From Vicugna vicugna (Eukaryota), in assembly GCA_013265495.1 (NCBI GenBank), contig MU058059.1, positions 3,263,502 to 3,327,501 on the forward strand: a DNA stretch of 64,000 nt. Reading direction: 5' to 3'. Position numbers and translations under genes: made by a program. This document shows, in pieces, positions 40,102-54,959 of this stretch (the first letter of the stretch is position 1; each line of letters starts with the position of its first letter). A model generated the notes under the pieces. That model saw nothing but the letters and a program-made list of their open reading frames with translations, had not been told where the DNA came from and searched no databases.

Positions 40102-41683
40102 TAGGCAGCGCACCGTGGGCCGGGCCCAGAGGGGCACGCGACTCTTTCAGACCGGACTACTTCCAGATCACCTGCCCTCTGTTTTCTAATAGCCTCTGAA
40201 CATTAGGTCTGTATTAACACAGCAGATGATTGTGGAACAGGTATGTATGTGTTCAGGGTAATGTCAGTTTATAGGTAACTTGTAACTTGTCTCTGAAGTG
40301 GAGTTTAGACGTTCTGACCTTGGAATGACTGGGAAGCTGCTCGTGCAGAGGGAGGCTCAGTGTGACAGGGCTGGAGTCAGGCCAGGCTGCTGTGTGAATC
40401 TTAAGACACTGTGGGGATAAATTAACATAATTGTGAAAAACTGTAGCTGTATCTTGAAAAAAGTGTATTGCCATTTATAAATCACATGAATTCAGAACCA
40501 GACATCAGTTGTCAGAATTTTGTTGTGCCTCATAAACCAGAATGAAAATATTGGTCATAAGAATACAAAACTAAACACAGACAATGAAGGATTATCGCCG
40601 GAAAAAAAAAAAAAGACTAGGGAATGCTGTTTTAAATTAGATAATGTATAGAAACACAAAGGATTTGGAAATATTACAAAGTTACTTAGTTCTTTCTATG
40701 CTTTATTTTTGTCATCTGTAAAAAAAAAAATAAAAGAGTCCCAGATGGGTTATAAAGAAAATTTCTAACAGCTAGTGAATTTTGCCAGTAAACGTCAGAA
40801 TGATCCCCAAGTTAGAGACTAAAGAGGATCAGGCCACAATCGACCTAATAGTTGAGCAGGAGGACTTGTCAACCTCTTGAGGACAACTGTGGAACCGTTA
40901 CCCATCCTTGTCCAGCAGGCTTTAGAGTTTCAGTAATAAAATTTAAAATAGTCAAAACATCTTACGTGAGGACCAAGGAGGAAGTGATAACAGCTAAAAA
41001 TGTGAGTGGTGTGATTGTGGGGCTGTGTGCTCCCTGGATGTCGCTTGGACAGCACTGGCGGGCGTAGCTGTAGCGTATGTTTATTGGATCCGGTGCTTCC
41101 CACGTGTCCCTGTGCTAGAACAGGGCTGTAGACACTCTTAATTCTCAAAACAGGATTAAAAGAAATGCTCTTATCCCATTTTACAGAATAGAAAATTGAA
41201 AGGGTACATAATTAGTTCGAAATTGCACAGTAAGATAGAAAGCTGACATTTGAACGTAGCCTGTCTTAAAAGAATACCAAAGTGTTAGTCCTGAAAATGA
41301 TGGCAACTTCAGAGGCCTGTCTCCCACCTCAGTGCTTTTTCTCCCTGCATGTGGTGAAGTGTAACATTAAAATTAATTTTGTAATCAATTATACTTTAAG
41401 AAGAATGTCATGGGCATAATGCTTCATATGACATGCTTTTTTGAGAAACAGTTTTGACTCACAGAGAGGTAGGATTCTATTTAATTAATAATGAAACCCA
41501 GCATCCTAATAATTCGAGTAACTAATCTATCTACTTAATATGGAAACAAGTGCTTATCAAAATTTTTAAATATTCAAATTATATTTTACCCTTTTTTTGA
41601 AATATATTTCCATCATTCCTTAAAAGAATATACTATAAAAAGACATAATGGCATATATAGATTGTAAAGTGAGTTATTTATAA

Positions 41684-41983
<300 letters not shown>

Positions 41984-42425
41984 TAAAAGGTGCATTGCCA
42001 CAGAGAACGCAGTTTCTAATGGGGACCTTTGCATACGAGACTGGTTACGTCCCAACGTGGGAAAGAGCGGGCAGGCAAGAGGAGAAGGAATATGTTTGTA
42101 AATAATTTATAAAGAAAACTACTTGGTTTGAGGTTTTGAATCATTTCAGAAATCACGTCTCCTTAGATTTTCATGATTTTTCTGATAATTTGAAATGTTA
42201 CTGTTTGAAAGCACAGTTTCAAATTAGAGTCTGGGGGGTAAGTGTGCAGTTGCAGATCCAGAAATATTTGGTTTAGAGACAGAGGGAAAAACAGAAATGG
42301 ATGTGTAACTCAGCTGTAAATACCCCTGGAATATCCATCTGACGCCCTCCAGAAACAGTGCATGAGATTCATTTTTAAACAAATCTAATAGAATAATCAG
42401 TTAATTTTCCTCTTCTTTTAAATAG

Positions 42426-42611
<186 letters not shown>

Positions 42612-45270
42612 CAGCCGTTGCTTCCTGGCGGCGGTGGTAAACGGATGAGGCTCAAGAGTGTTATACTGTGGAATACTGCCTTTGACAAAAATACAATATT
42701 ATGCCTTCACAATTATTAGTAGAGTTCAGCAAAAGTTGGTTATGTAGTAAACACTGTCATTTTATTAAAAATGAAAAGAAGTATTTCGGATCTTAGATCC
42801 AGTTTCTAATTGAAAACTATTATTTATATTGATGAAAGGTCACTATCGCGTTAGAGCACGTTGGCAGACTGTGGTAGGTATTTAAGAAGCTGAGAACCTG
42901 CTAACGGCGCTGGAAGTTGTTAGCACTCTAAGTACAGGATAACCACTAGCATTCAAATTGCTTTCAAGTTTTATTATAATGTATCAGTAAACTAAAAGGT
43001 TCAATTCCTACCGAATAGTTTCTAATGTGGAAGAAAAACTTGGCACAGAATTTCTTCAGTTTTATTATATCTGTAAGTTAATTGTATAGCTTTCTTTTTG
43101 AAAGTTTTAATATTGTCTTCCTTTTTAATAACTTATTTTATACATATTGTGCAGATGTAAATCTTGTAATTAATGGTCAAAATATATACAAAGGGATTGG
43201 TAGTCAAAATATACAAAGAAATAATTGTAAAACTGTTCCGTCTGATGTTTTATTGGACCAAAGTGTAGTTCGTATGGAGTGTAGTGATCGTGTGTTCGGG
43301 TAGCGGAACTTTTAAATAAGGCATGCGTGTTTGAGTTAGCTTGTTTCCATCCCCACAACCACAGAGGGTGGCGTAGCCGTACTGCATGCTTCCTGTAGCT
43401 TAACTCTCCACAGCGACGCCCGAGGTAGTGTGAGGTGTTCCATGCTGGTCTCCCGGGGTAGCACTGACTTACTGTGTTGGCCATTTTATTTAGAATTAGT
43501 CATGCAAAAAAATAGCTCGTTTTTCATCTCACAGTAGAGCCTGTTCTCCTCCCCCCCAAAATGCCTTTGAATGAAAATTGTGAAATTGTAAATGTTTATT
43601 TTAATACTCAAGTATGAAAGAATCTGTGAATATATGTAAATATGTTTAATAAATTTTATTGGTCATGTTAAATCATTGTAAAACTTTTTTACATTGCTTA
43701 AATATAATGTTTTAAGCTTAATAACCTTTGCACTTTTAAAATAAACACTGAGTACTCAAATCAAAAAAATATTTGATAGTCAAAATAAGTAAAAGAAATA
43801 GGCATATTCTAATTGATGTCTGCAATGTTTATGAAAAATTGATTAATATGTTGTACATTTCTTTCCTTGTGTCAAGATGCAAAACATATAATTTTCAGAA
43901 TTTTATAATTAAAATAAGATTTGGTATGCTGTTTTTAATAAAATAATTAGCAATATACTTAGACCAGTTTCTCCTATAACATGATATAAATTAAATATTC
44001 AGGAATATTTCAGATCTGAAACCTGCTGCTAAACTTATTAAATATTTTTCAAAGGAAAATTAAGATATATGTAAAATTCATCATAAGTATATGAGATAAA
44101 ATTTTCAGAACTTTCCACAATACTTTTTTCAGTTATAAAATAATACTGGATGTTTTTTATTCTGATACAGAAAAATAAAAAGAATAAATGAGGAATAAAG
44201 TGATTTAAATTCAGTTTACAAGTTGAAAATCCCACCTAATGGGAAAGACAGAAGTTTTTGAGTGCAAAGGTATATATTAAGCTTAGGGATTTTTGAATTT
44301 TTATGTCAATTTATATTTTAACTCATACTGTACTTGGCATGCGCAATAAAACAGCACATGTGAAAAAGACACAGTGCAAGGACTTTATTATAAAGATTGG
44401 ATGTAGTAGTCTTTAGAACTTTAGATGAAAGATTTTGGCCTTTTTTATTGGATAAACGGGGCCAAGAAAGGCAGGGTAGATTTTGAAGCACTGGTTTTGT
44501 TGAAGTTAAGTTTATTAAGGCTGGGAGCATTAAGATAATTTATAAAAGCAATACTTTTTAATATGAAAAACTTAGTGCAAATTTTGTTTATACTTTTGCC
44601 TAAAATAAAAAAAACCAGATTATTGAGCATTGAAGTCATAGAAAATATGAGAAGGGTAAGTTTATACAGCATTTTGTTCTAATGGTTCAACCAGGGAAGG
44701 CGGTGGGTGGTGGGGGTGCTGGGAAGAAAAATCACTGGCCAAACAGAACAAGCTACAGAAGAGAAAAAGCAAGCAAGCAGAAACCTGGCATTTCAGTCAT
44801 CCCAGCTTTGCAGTGCTGACCTCTGTCCTCACCCTCTTCCATGGCACCTCCCATTGCTGGAGCCCGTCTGCTGCGATTCTGCTTCTGCAGAGTTCCTTTG
44901 TAAAGTGGCTCAGAGCTAATCGGACAGCTCGACCGAAAAGCGAATGCCTTCTCCGTGGGAATTGGTACTTAAGTAAGTAAGTTAAGGGCTCTTGATATTT
45001 CAAAGATGTTCTAAAGCTCTGAAATGGCTGAAAAAACTTAGAATGGCGTATATGCCTAAATGATAGAGGATTCTAAAAGAAAAATAAAGGATGACTAGTT
45101 TAATCAGTGAATTTTTTAAAAACTATTCAAATACCATGAACAAGATACTAAATTGTACCTAAGGATTTGTATTTCTTTAAATCTTGTTCTAAATCATATC
45201 TGTTTAATAAATGACTAGTTGATATTTGTGCATGTTATTTAATAAAGAGTTATATTTTTATAGAAAAAAT
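42612..45270 (+). other. ANKRD12: ANKRD12 3' UTR with candidate proximal and distal poly(A) sites
   Basis: AT-rich and repeat-free. AATAAA occurs at 43648, 43740, 45206 and 45241 among others, and the last is followed by a GT/T-rich tract. The end position is inferred. Confidence 0.6.
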
Positions 45271-46129
45271 AAGAGTGAAATGTGTGATAAGTGGTGTTTT
45301 TTTTTATTTTCCAATCCTACATGACTCTAAACCAGACACTAGTGTTCACTTGGGCAGCTAGCAAAATTGCAGGAATACTCATTTTAGGGAAACAACCTCT
45401 CAAGGAACTGGCCTTTCAAACCCAAGTCTATTCAGTAATGAGGTCTCAAAAATGAGTTTTAAGTATTAGACATGCTGCAGTCTTAGCTGCAGAAATCTCA
45501 AGCAAAGACCCCTTGAAGCTAATTTTAATAGACTTAAGAATTATAGTTATTCTAGGAGCTGAGAATGCTAAATACATACTTTTCTTTATCCAAAATAGTT
45601 ATTCAAATAGTTAGCAATACTTTTTATTCTATCTCTAATACATAAAACTCCAAAATTCTATATAGAGGAAATTGATTATTTCAAATTCATAAGGTAGTTT
45701 TATCTTAATGTATTTTAAAAGAAGCATTGTCACAATTTTTAAACCTTAAAAATGAATTTTAAATAATTTCATTAGTCAAGTAACTAAAAAAAGTTAAATC
45801 ACATAATTACATAGTATTAGCATTTAAACAGTGAAAAGTATATCTAGAAAGATTGGCTTTTCCAATGATTAAATGTTAATCCTATACAACATCTGCAAAT
45901 AATAAAAAATTGTACTAGATGTGCAGTATCTCCATAAGAGAAAGTGGGATAGAAACTGTTTACCTAAAGATAAAGCCTTGGCTTGCTTGAGGGCCCAGTT
46001 TTCTTAGGTAGATTACACAGAGAATTTAAGATTATGTATGAAGCATATTTATTTAAACTCCATTGAGTTTTTAAATGCTTATTTTTAAAAACTGTGTCAT
46101 ACCTAAATATCTGAGTGGCCAATTAAAAG

Positions 46130-47100
46130 CTCTTAAGGAAAATGTTGTTGTTGATACATAGAGTGAACATGTACAGTGTATGTCTACAGGTTAAAAACAC
46201 CACCTGTGTGCCCATCACTCGGCTTAAGAGCAGTACCAGTTCTTTTAACTGTGTAATTTGTATCCAGTAGAAGTGCCCACATCTTTCTGGGAGGTCCCAG
46301 CAGATGCCTACACTGATGTTTCTGTCACCCGGGGAGTTCCCTCCTGCCCTTGCAGAGGGCTCTGTCCCAGAGGCCACCACACTGAGTCCTGTCCCAGTAT
46401 TACCTGTACCTGTTTTTGAACCTCATGTACATGGGATCAGATGGTGTACACCTGCCTGCCGCCTTTAGCTTAAGGTTTTGCAGTTCATCCTGTTGTGTAT
46501 ATCAGTAGTCTGTTCCTCTTTATTAATGAGTGGTAGTATGTTGTACAAACTGGTTTATTTACTCTCTTGCTGGTAGGCATTTGAATTGTTGCATTTGGGG
46601 CTGTTGTGAATAAAACTGCTCTGAACACACCAGTCTCTGTGAACACCTTTTTTCAGCGCCCTTGGGCCCCTGCCTTGGGGTGCCGTCACTAGGTCCTAGA
46701 GTGTATGTGTATGTCTGACTTCATTAGAAACTGACAGGTCTCCACGGTGGTTGCACCAGATTGTACCCCTGCTGGGAACTGGGAGAGGCCCCGTCGCTCT
46801 GAATCCTCATCGGTACTTGGTGGTGTCAGTCTTCAGTCTTAGTGCTGGTGGTGGGATGTGTAGTTTTGTCTTACTGTGCTTTTAACTTGCATTTCTCTGA
46901 TGACTAAAGAGGCTGAGTGTATCTTCTACTATGCTTAGTGGCGATCTGCACATCTTCCTTTGCGACATGCCCTCAGGTGCTTTGCTCATTTTCCATTGGG
47001 TTGTCTTTTCATTACTGATCATTCTGCACACGAGTCCTTTGTCAGAGGTCTGTCATGAATGTTTTCGCCTGATCTGTGGCCTGCCTTTCCATTTTTCTTC
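46130..47100 (-). mobile_element. Old L1M 3' fragment
   Basis: ggggctgttgtgaataaaactgctctgaaca; ttttaacttgcatttctctgatgactaaagaggctgag. Confidence 0.7.
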
Positions 47101-47634
47101 CTGACTAGTTTCCCTGCTTTTTAGTAAAGCTGTTACACTGTCATGACTTTTCAGAATATTTAGTAGATTTCGTATCACCTCCCCTCCAAAATTGTCCCCT
47201 TAAATGCAGCCATACGGATGTACAACCATAGCTTTCAGTTTCTTGGAAACACCACCTGTGTATAATTTTAGAGCCATTAGTATTTGAATGTAAGGAGCTT
47301 TAAAAATCCTTTCCTGAATTAACCTCTTCATTTTTTGACACCCTTCACATGTCGTCTGGGCTGTGGAACTACTCTCAGTGCAGTTTTTGACACTGTTTGC
47401 TTGCTTGCTTGTTGCTTAAACTGTGTGTGGTGTGGATGGTCTTAAAAAAGCACGGTGTCGTCAGTGGGCCTATAGGAAGCAGGGGGCTCGTCTGAACTGT
47501 GTCCGGTGGGCGTGGTGTCCAGCTCCTCTGCTGGTTCACACTTACCTGTCCACGGACTCAACCAGCGCACATCGAGTAAGTAGCTGTGCTGTGCCGGGGA
47601 CTGTGCCCCTTGACAATTCACACAGCATTTACCT

Positions 47635-48780
47635 GGGTCATCAGTTCTCAAACTTTGATCGCAGAACCCCTCTGAGCCCTTAAAAGTAACTGTGAGCTTT
47701 CATTTCTGTAAGCTATTGGCTGGTATTTACCACTGTTGAAATAAAAACAAATTTAAAGAATTTATTAATAAATGCATTTCATGCTTATTTTTATGAAAAA
47801 CATATTTGCAAAAATAAAAATGAAAAAAACGAATTATTTTAAAGTTCTGCAAATCTCAAGATCTGGCCAAAAAGAAGAAAGCTAGAATTACCTATTTGCT
47901 TTCTGCAGTGTACCTGTAATTTGTTCTGCTTTGGGTTGGATTGGGTTTGGTTTGGTTGGTTTACTTGATTTGGACTTACAAATCCGTAATAGGAAAAGGG
48001 AGTATGTTAATAGATTTTCAGATAATTGTCATTATTCTTGGATTCCACATCAAAACAGGACAAGGAGTAGTTTCTGAAAGGTAAGTTGCCTTGTGGAATC
48101 TGACTGCATCAATGAACTCTACCTAACTCTTACTACCTTGAAATCCATCGGCCTATCTTGCACGTTGAATGGGTTTTCCAGCAATGCATAGATTTTGTAA
48201 CATCATGTATTGGTCATTTGAAAAATATTGATTCACTGAATTACATGATTCTTCCAAATGTTGACACAGTTCATTACACAGTCCAAACACTCAACTTGTT
48301 AATATCACCACTGATTTCATCAGAGACGTCTTTTTAAGTATGAAAGCTACGAAGCTCTTAAGTGATAGAAATTATCCAAAATTCTGGTTTTCGCTCAAAA
48401 GCCTAAACACCACTGACAACAAACACTGCCGGCTGTTTTCCTTAAAGTCACAGGCTCACTTTACTTATAGTTGAGACTAAATGCCAAAGAGCTAGATCTG
48501 AGTAACCACAGTTTGTCTCTTTTTTTCACGTAAAATTGTTGTTCCATGGAAAAGATCAGTTTGGCTAGAAACTCGGTCAAGTGCTTTTTCTCTGATTATT
48601 TTTCTTGGGTATGCTACAAAAGTATAGCACGCATTCTCCCCTTTAGTTACACAACGTTAAATAGACATGTACCCCAGGTTGAGATTTGATAAAATCACTG
48701 ATCTTTACTGCTTTATTGAGAACATACTTAGGTGAAGTTGGCTTCTTTTTTTGTTTTTAACTGTGTGTGTTTGGCAGTGG
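47635..48780. mobile_element. hAT-Charlie DNA transposon relic
   Basis: Charlie-like terminus cagttctcaaactttgatcgcagaacccc...cccttaaaag followed by an AT-rich internal relic. Confidence 0.5.
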
Positions 48781-50149
48781 CTCCTAGTGTAGGTGGGCCA
48801 GTAATAAAACCAATATTCATTAAACACTCACTATGTATATTCATGTACATTATCCCATTGAAGCCTACGAAGTCACAGAAAGAAAGAACACAGCTTTGGT
48901 AAAAAGGACTAGGTGGACACCAACACAAACACACATTTTAAAGGTTGGAGCCAATTTTTAAAAATTCAGTGATATCCTGGTGTCATTCATCTAAAAGCCG
49001 GCAGGGGGAGACGAGAGGAAGTCCCTGTGTGCACCATACTTTTTGGTCTTTAATAACTTCCCTAAGAATCTGAGGTATGTGACTATCCATGCATTTAGGT
49101 TTTAGTGAAAAGGATTCTTGGCAAAGAATTCTAGTATTGCAAACATTCACCATACAAGCACTGTTTGCTAAAATCAATTATAGTAGCATATTTTAAATTA
49201 TCCGTCTCAAAATGCTTTAGTTAAACTACTTCTGTAACTGTCCCAATTGGAATATTTCAAGAGCACAAAAATTCTATTTTTAGAAAAAGGGAAGAGAATC
49301 GCAGCAACATGCTTTGGTGAATGTGACATCCATATTTTAAGAAGCATGAAGAGAAGAAAGAAAACTCAGAACCTGTGAGTCTAACAGGCTTAAAGGCAAA
49401 AGGCTGAAGTCACTGATTAAGGGCAAAAGAATAGAAAGTCTGGACAGGTGCAATCTAACCAGGTGCACTTACGATGGAAACCGTGTTTAAGCCATCCTCT
49501 TCCCTAAATTAATGACACAGGAGGCTGGGGATGGGGGAATGAGTAGTTTGTCCTACAGAGAGCACAAAGACTCCAGCTGTCTGAAATAAGTTAGCACCAG
49601 GAGGAAACATTCACTGAGCACAGTATCCGCTCAACATAGAGGCAGACAAAAGCCAAGTCCAAAGACAGCTCTGCACCCGACGGAGTTGGCAACAGACACA
49701 GGCCAACAGGTAGAGAGCAGCAAACCAGCTGCCTTTGTGCGGTGTGGTGTTTGATTTCGGTTTGTTGCTTTGTTGTGTTTAGCCCTCCCCAACTTAATCC
49801 TGAAACAACTCTTGCTTCAGAACTGCTCTGTCTTCCCATGGGGTAAAAGCTCGGCCAGCTCTGCTCCAGTCCTGTGCCCGTCCCACCTGTCCTGGTGTCT
49901 CTCCGCTCTGGGTTCACACCCACGAGTTCCAGCGGGTGCAAGGTCACCACACTGAAGACTCCGGAGGGTGGGACCCAGTTTCACAGAACTTTGAAAATCC
50001 AGCGGAGGAGGGGTTAAGGTTCTCAAACGAGTAACTCATGGGGCTTGGACTCCACTGGTGGGTAAGTTGCAGGGGGCAGAGACTGGTTTACTGCTGACTG
50101 CAGGGCCTGGGGCGTTGGCCGCACACCCCTGCAGGCGCTCCCTTTCTGG

Positions 50150-50259
50150 TTCTTTCTTTCTTTCTTTCTTTCTTCTTCTTCCTTCCTTCCTTCCTTCCTT
50201 CCTTCCTTCCTTCCTTCCTTCCTTCCCTCCTTCCTTCCCTCCTTCCTTCCTTCCTTTCC

Positions 50260-50336
<77 letters not shown>

Positions 50337-50394
50337 TTCCTTCCTTCCTTCCTTCCTTCTTTCCTTCCTTCCTCCCTCCCTCCCTTCCTTTTTT
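50150..50394. repeat. Compound (TTTC)n/(TTCC)n polypyrimidine microsatellite
   Basis: About 245 nt composed only of C and T on the + strand. Confidence 0.95.
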
Positions 50395-51607
50395 AAATAC
50401 TAATGAAAAATAAAAGGAAGTAATGTGGCAATGTAAGCTATCCAGGGTTCCTTATTTTGAATAGATTTTCTTCTTCCTTATTTTTGCACTTTCCGTCCCT
50501 TGAGAGGAAAACTACATTATAGTAGTTTTATGCAGTATAGTAAGCTTTCAAAGGAACAGTTAAAAGTCAACAGTCTTTAAATTTGTGTATCCTCAGTACT
50601 TTGTTTTAAAAAAATCGCAATATTTAGGAGCAGTGAACAAACTGATTAGTAGCTGAGTTTGTGGGTGAGGGAGACCTTTGTGAAGGTTATTTCTCAGAGT
50701 TGCACAAGGATAATGCAAACCCTTGGAGACAGAAAATAGGCTAGTGGTTGCTCAGGGGTGGGAGTGTCGTGTGACTGCTTAATGGCTGCCGAGTTTCCTT
50801 TTGGGGTGATAAAAATGTCCAGGAATTTGACAGTGGTGATGGCTGCTGAACATTGTGACTGTTCTACATGCCACTGAAGTGTACACTTTAGAATGGTATT
50901 TCATGTTACGTGAATTTTAACACACATGTGTGCATGTGAGCCTGCAATGTTAAGTTCCTGGGGTACCAAGAGCACCTCTCCTGTCACCCGGGTGCAGCTC
51001 CACCCTCAGGGACTGGGAGCCGTCCTGCGTGGTGTGCTGTTGGGACCCTCCTCCTCCAGCCGGCCATCTTCTGTCCCTCTGCCTCACCCTGGGTCTCCCT
51101 CTCCTCTGCTTTGTCAATCTGACCTCCCCGTCAGCCCAAGCCTCCAGGAACCCTTCCGATTATTTTAGGCCCACTGATTTCTGCTTTTCTTAGTCTCTCG
51201 AAGTATCCAGGCTCTGCGCAGCCTTATCTTTTTCACGAATTGTTTCACCTCTTCATTACTGCTGTCATTTGGCCAGTTCAGCTTGAGCCCACACATTCTA
51301 GTCTTTGAGAGACTTCCAAGAGCCTCCAAGTCCCTGTACACAGTCAAACGATGCATTCATGACACGATTCCTGCCCTGAGGAAGTCTCCGAAATTAGTTA
51401 AATATATATACACGAATAGTGAAAGGTTCATGCAAATAAATGCTTTAGGAGCTCAGAGGCTGCCAGGGACATAAGCTGGGCGAGTCATTCATCTAATCAA
51501 TTCCTTTGATGAGCATTGGTTGGGCACCTACTGTGTGCAAGGCACTGTGTTGTCATGTGAGGTGATACCTGATATTTGAATAGGCTGTAAAGAGAGGACC
51601 GGGGGGA

Positions 51608-51702
51608 GGGGGAGGGTATAGCTCAGTGGTAGAGCGCAGGCTTAGCACGCACCAGGTTCTGGGTTCAACCCCCAGTACCTCCAGTAAAGAAGAAATAATA
51701 AT
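51608..51702 (+). mobile_element. tRNA-derived SINE (camelid Vic-1-like)
   Basis: ggggagggtatagctcagtggtagagcgcaggcttagcacgcaccaggttctgggttcaacccccagtacctcca plus an A-rich tail. It has imperfect flanking repeats gtaaagagaggacc / gtaaagattggaca. Confidence 0.85.
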
Positions 51703-52974
51703 AGTAAAGATTGGACAGGGTTTAAGAAGCCCAAAATAAATAAATCCTGTCTCAAGCAAAAAGAAAAATGTGCAGAATACAGGAGTGGAAAGTATGAAGC
51801 ATGAAAACAGAGCATCTTGGCTTTCTGGGGAGGATCTGTGTAACATGAAAAAGAGACCTATGTCTACTGGTGTGAAGAGATGTTCTAGACATGCCAAGTG
51901 GGAAGAGGGCAAGTTGCAGTAAAGCGTTCTTTGCATAATCTCATTTTTTCCAAACATATGTTAATATATGTGACTAAAAAAGACAAAGAATGTTCATGAA
52001 ACGAGGGGCAATCTCCAGGGGCTAAAAAGGCCAGGGGCTCTCATAAAGTTCTGTAGTTTTTCAGTTCTCTGTGATCAGAAGAAAGGGAAAAGCTGAAATG
52101 AAAAGAAAGGACTAAATATTTTAAAGAAGTCACAAAGTTTGGACTTAATTTGGTCAGCAGCAGTGAGCTGTGAGTCAATATTGGATTTTGAGAAGCCTTA
52201 GAAACGTTTGAGAACGATTTGTAAATATCTCAATAGCCCTGGATTTGTAAATATCTCAGTGCAAACATCTTCTGCTGAAATAGCACTTTCTCCCCACAGG
52301 CGGGGCTGCCCGCCTTCCCAGAGGTCTGCTGGGCTCTGAGCCTCAGAAAAGCCTGCCTGAGTGTTACCTTTGTCTGGTGGATTAACGATCGTTCACTGCG
52401 GAGGGAATTACAGAGATCCTGAGAACTCAAAATAAAGCCAAACAAAACAGAACTATCCTCCAGGTCTTCTCCATTTCTTTTTGCTTAGAGCAGGAAGCGC
52501 TGGAAGCCTGCGGAAGTTATTCTTTCCGCATTCTTTTGATGGTTTGCAGTAATTCCCATGACCCAGCCCGGAGGGAAGAAGGAAGGTGAGAGAGCAGAGA
52601 AAGGAGGTTTCTCCTCCAGGGACCTTCGTCCCCAGATCTGAATGGGAGACAGCGGCGCCCCATCTGCCAGGCCCGAGCTTCCCGCCTGCCTCCTGCAGGC
52701 TGGTCCGGGCTCAGCCCAGGCTCCTGTAAGGGACCAGTGGCTGGAGCTCCGAAGTGGAGAATCCAGACCAAACTGGAGTGACTTGGGCTCCCCTTTTCTC
52801 CCTCTCTCCTGGGGTGCATTGGCTAGGGGAAGGGGAGGCCCGGAGGTGAGGAGTGTATAACTCACCACCTTCAGGAGTGAGTCCTCGGGTGTGAGGTGCT
52901 CACAAACTACATACAGTTGTCCTTGTTATCCTTCTATGCTGAGCACATAGTGCCCCCTCCCCAAGCTCTCTTAC

Positions 52975-53445
52975 CCACCGCCCAGCCCACAAAGATGTCG
53001 GCATCCTAATCCCTAACATCTGTGGGTGTTACCGTACATGGAGAAAGGGCCTGGGAGATGTGATTAAATGAAGGCTCTCGCGATGGGAGGTGATCCTGGA
53101 TTACCTGGGTGGGCCCCGTGTCACTACAAGGGTCCTTATAAGAGGAGGCAGGAGGGTCAGGGTCAAAGAGCCACTGTGTGTGGGGGGGGGCGGGGACGAG
53201 GTGCAGAGGAGGAGAGGGGATATGGGTTTGAAGGCTTTGCTGCTGGCTGTGCATCTGAGGACGGGGGACAGGACGAGGAAGGCAGTGGCTTCCGGAAGTG
53301 CTTTCTCCCCTAGAACCTCCAGAGGGAATACAGCTCTTCTAACTGACCCTGGTTTTAGGACTTCTGACTTCCAGGTAATACACTTGTGTTGCTTTAGGGC
53401 AGTAAATTTATAGCAATTTGTTAGCTGCAAAAGAAAATGAGTCGC
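52975..53445 (+). mobile_element. MaLR solo LTR (MLT1C/D-like)
   Basis: gatgggaggtgatcctggattacctgggtgggccc...caagggtccttataagaggaggcagg...ttctcccctagaacctccagagggaatacagc...gcaatttgttagc. Confidence 0.85.
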
Positions 53446-53969
53446 ATCTGTACTGTGCTTGCGTGAGAGTCAATCGCTGACATGTCTTTATCTGACTGAG
53501 GGTTAGGTGACTCAGTGGCATTTGACCTTTTCATCAAGGGGCTTTATTGCATTGATGATAATGGCTTCTGGTAAGATAAAAAGGTCACTACAATAACCCC
53601 TGCAGTTCTCAAATTCCCAAATAGCCAGCCACAGATCCAGAACCACTGGACAGCCGTCAGGGCTCAGCCGCCACTGGACCTCCTAAGGCCTATCAAAGAG
53701 GTTCTTTGGATTAAAAATAGCTGTATCTTTTTTCTTATTACCAAAGTAATACAGGCAAAGACACCAGAAAATGCAGGCAAGCTGAAAGAAAAAACAACAA
53801 AAGCCATTTGTAATCTCCCCAAGAGATAAGCACTCCTCACACCATGGTTCTCTTTCCAGGCCTTTAAAAATAACTGTACACAGTTTTTAATATTAGCCAT
53901 TTAAAAATATATACACCACTTTAAATGTTGACATACCATGATTATGTTTCCATGTCAATGGTATATATC

Positions 53970-54470
53970 TACAAGCTTGTTCTCAGAATGTGCCCTGGAA
54001 GATGCTGGAGGTCCCAAGATCTTTTCAGGTAGTTCCTGAGCTCAAAACTATTCTTATTTTAATCCCAATACATTATTTGCCTTCTCATTCTCTCACAGTA
54101 TGGTTTTTTAAGAGAGTACATAATACATGATATTGCAACAGTTTGAATGCGAAAGCAGATACGAAAATCTAGCTGCTTTCTATTATCTGACATTAAATAC
54201 ACAAATGTAAAACAATGCCACTCTTTTTTTTGTCTTGGAATATATATTTTTCATAAACTATGTATTCATGTTACTATGTAATGAGGTCTATTTTTATTTT
54301 TTGGAGTCTTATTTTTAAATGAAATATTAAATATTTGCTTAATTTCTCAGTTTTAATTTCAAAAGTTTTGCTAAGTGTAGCACACATAAGCAAAACCTCT
54401 TCGGAGCCCTCATTAATTTTCAAGAGGGTAAAGGGGTCCCGAGACTACACAGTTTGAGAACCTCTGCCCT
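53970..54470. mobile_element. hAT-Charlie relic
   Basis: Inverted ends ttgttctcagaatgtg ... cacagtttgagaacctctgccctac. Confidence 0.55.
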
Positions 54471-54959
54471 ACGGTATAATTTTTTAATAGCTGATTTAGC
54501 CCATGGCACTGGTGTTTTATAATTCGTTTAATCAGTAAGTAATGCCAAGAATAAGTTCGTTCAATGTGTGTACACTCAATTATTTCTTTAGGATAATTTT
54601 CAGGGATGATTTAAAAAATATAGCCTAATTTACTTCTACAAAAACGGACTAACATCAATGATGCAGTTTACCCCCGTAGCCAATCAGCCTTTTCCATTCT
54701 TCCTCTTTTTTTCCAGTCAACCAAGGGGAATACAGGCATTTAAGGCTCTTTCTAGCTCAAGACTTTGGCATTAGGTCACCATTTCCAAGGCGAAAGTACC
54801 TTGTGGATCATCTCACCCAGCGGGCTCCAACTTCGTCCCTCTGGAATCGTCTTAAAAAGCAAATTCCCAGGGTTGTGGGGAAGAACTGCCGTTCTCAACG
54901 GCCTTTATCTACCTGCTGGCGGTGGAAAGAGCGCATCTTCCCAACATACAGGCTGAAGT

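Noticed and set aside
50058..50396. 112-aa hydrophobic ORF (SFLP repeats)
   Set aside because: This is a translation of the TTCC/TTTC microsatellite.
51608..51685. Possible tRNA gene (also 17880-17960)
   Set aside because: A/B boxes are present, but the acceptor stem is poor, and A-rich tails with TSD-like flanks indicate SINE copies.
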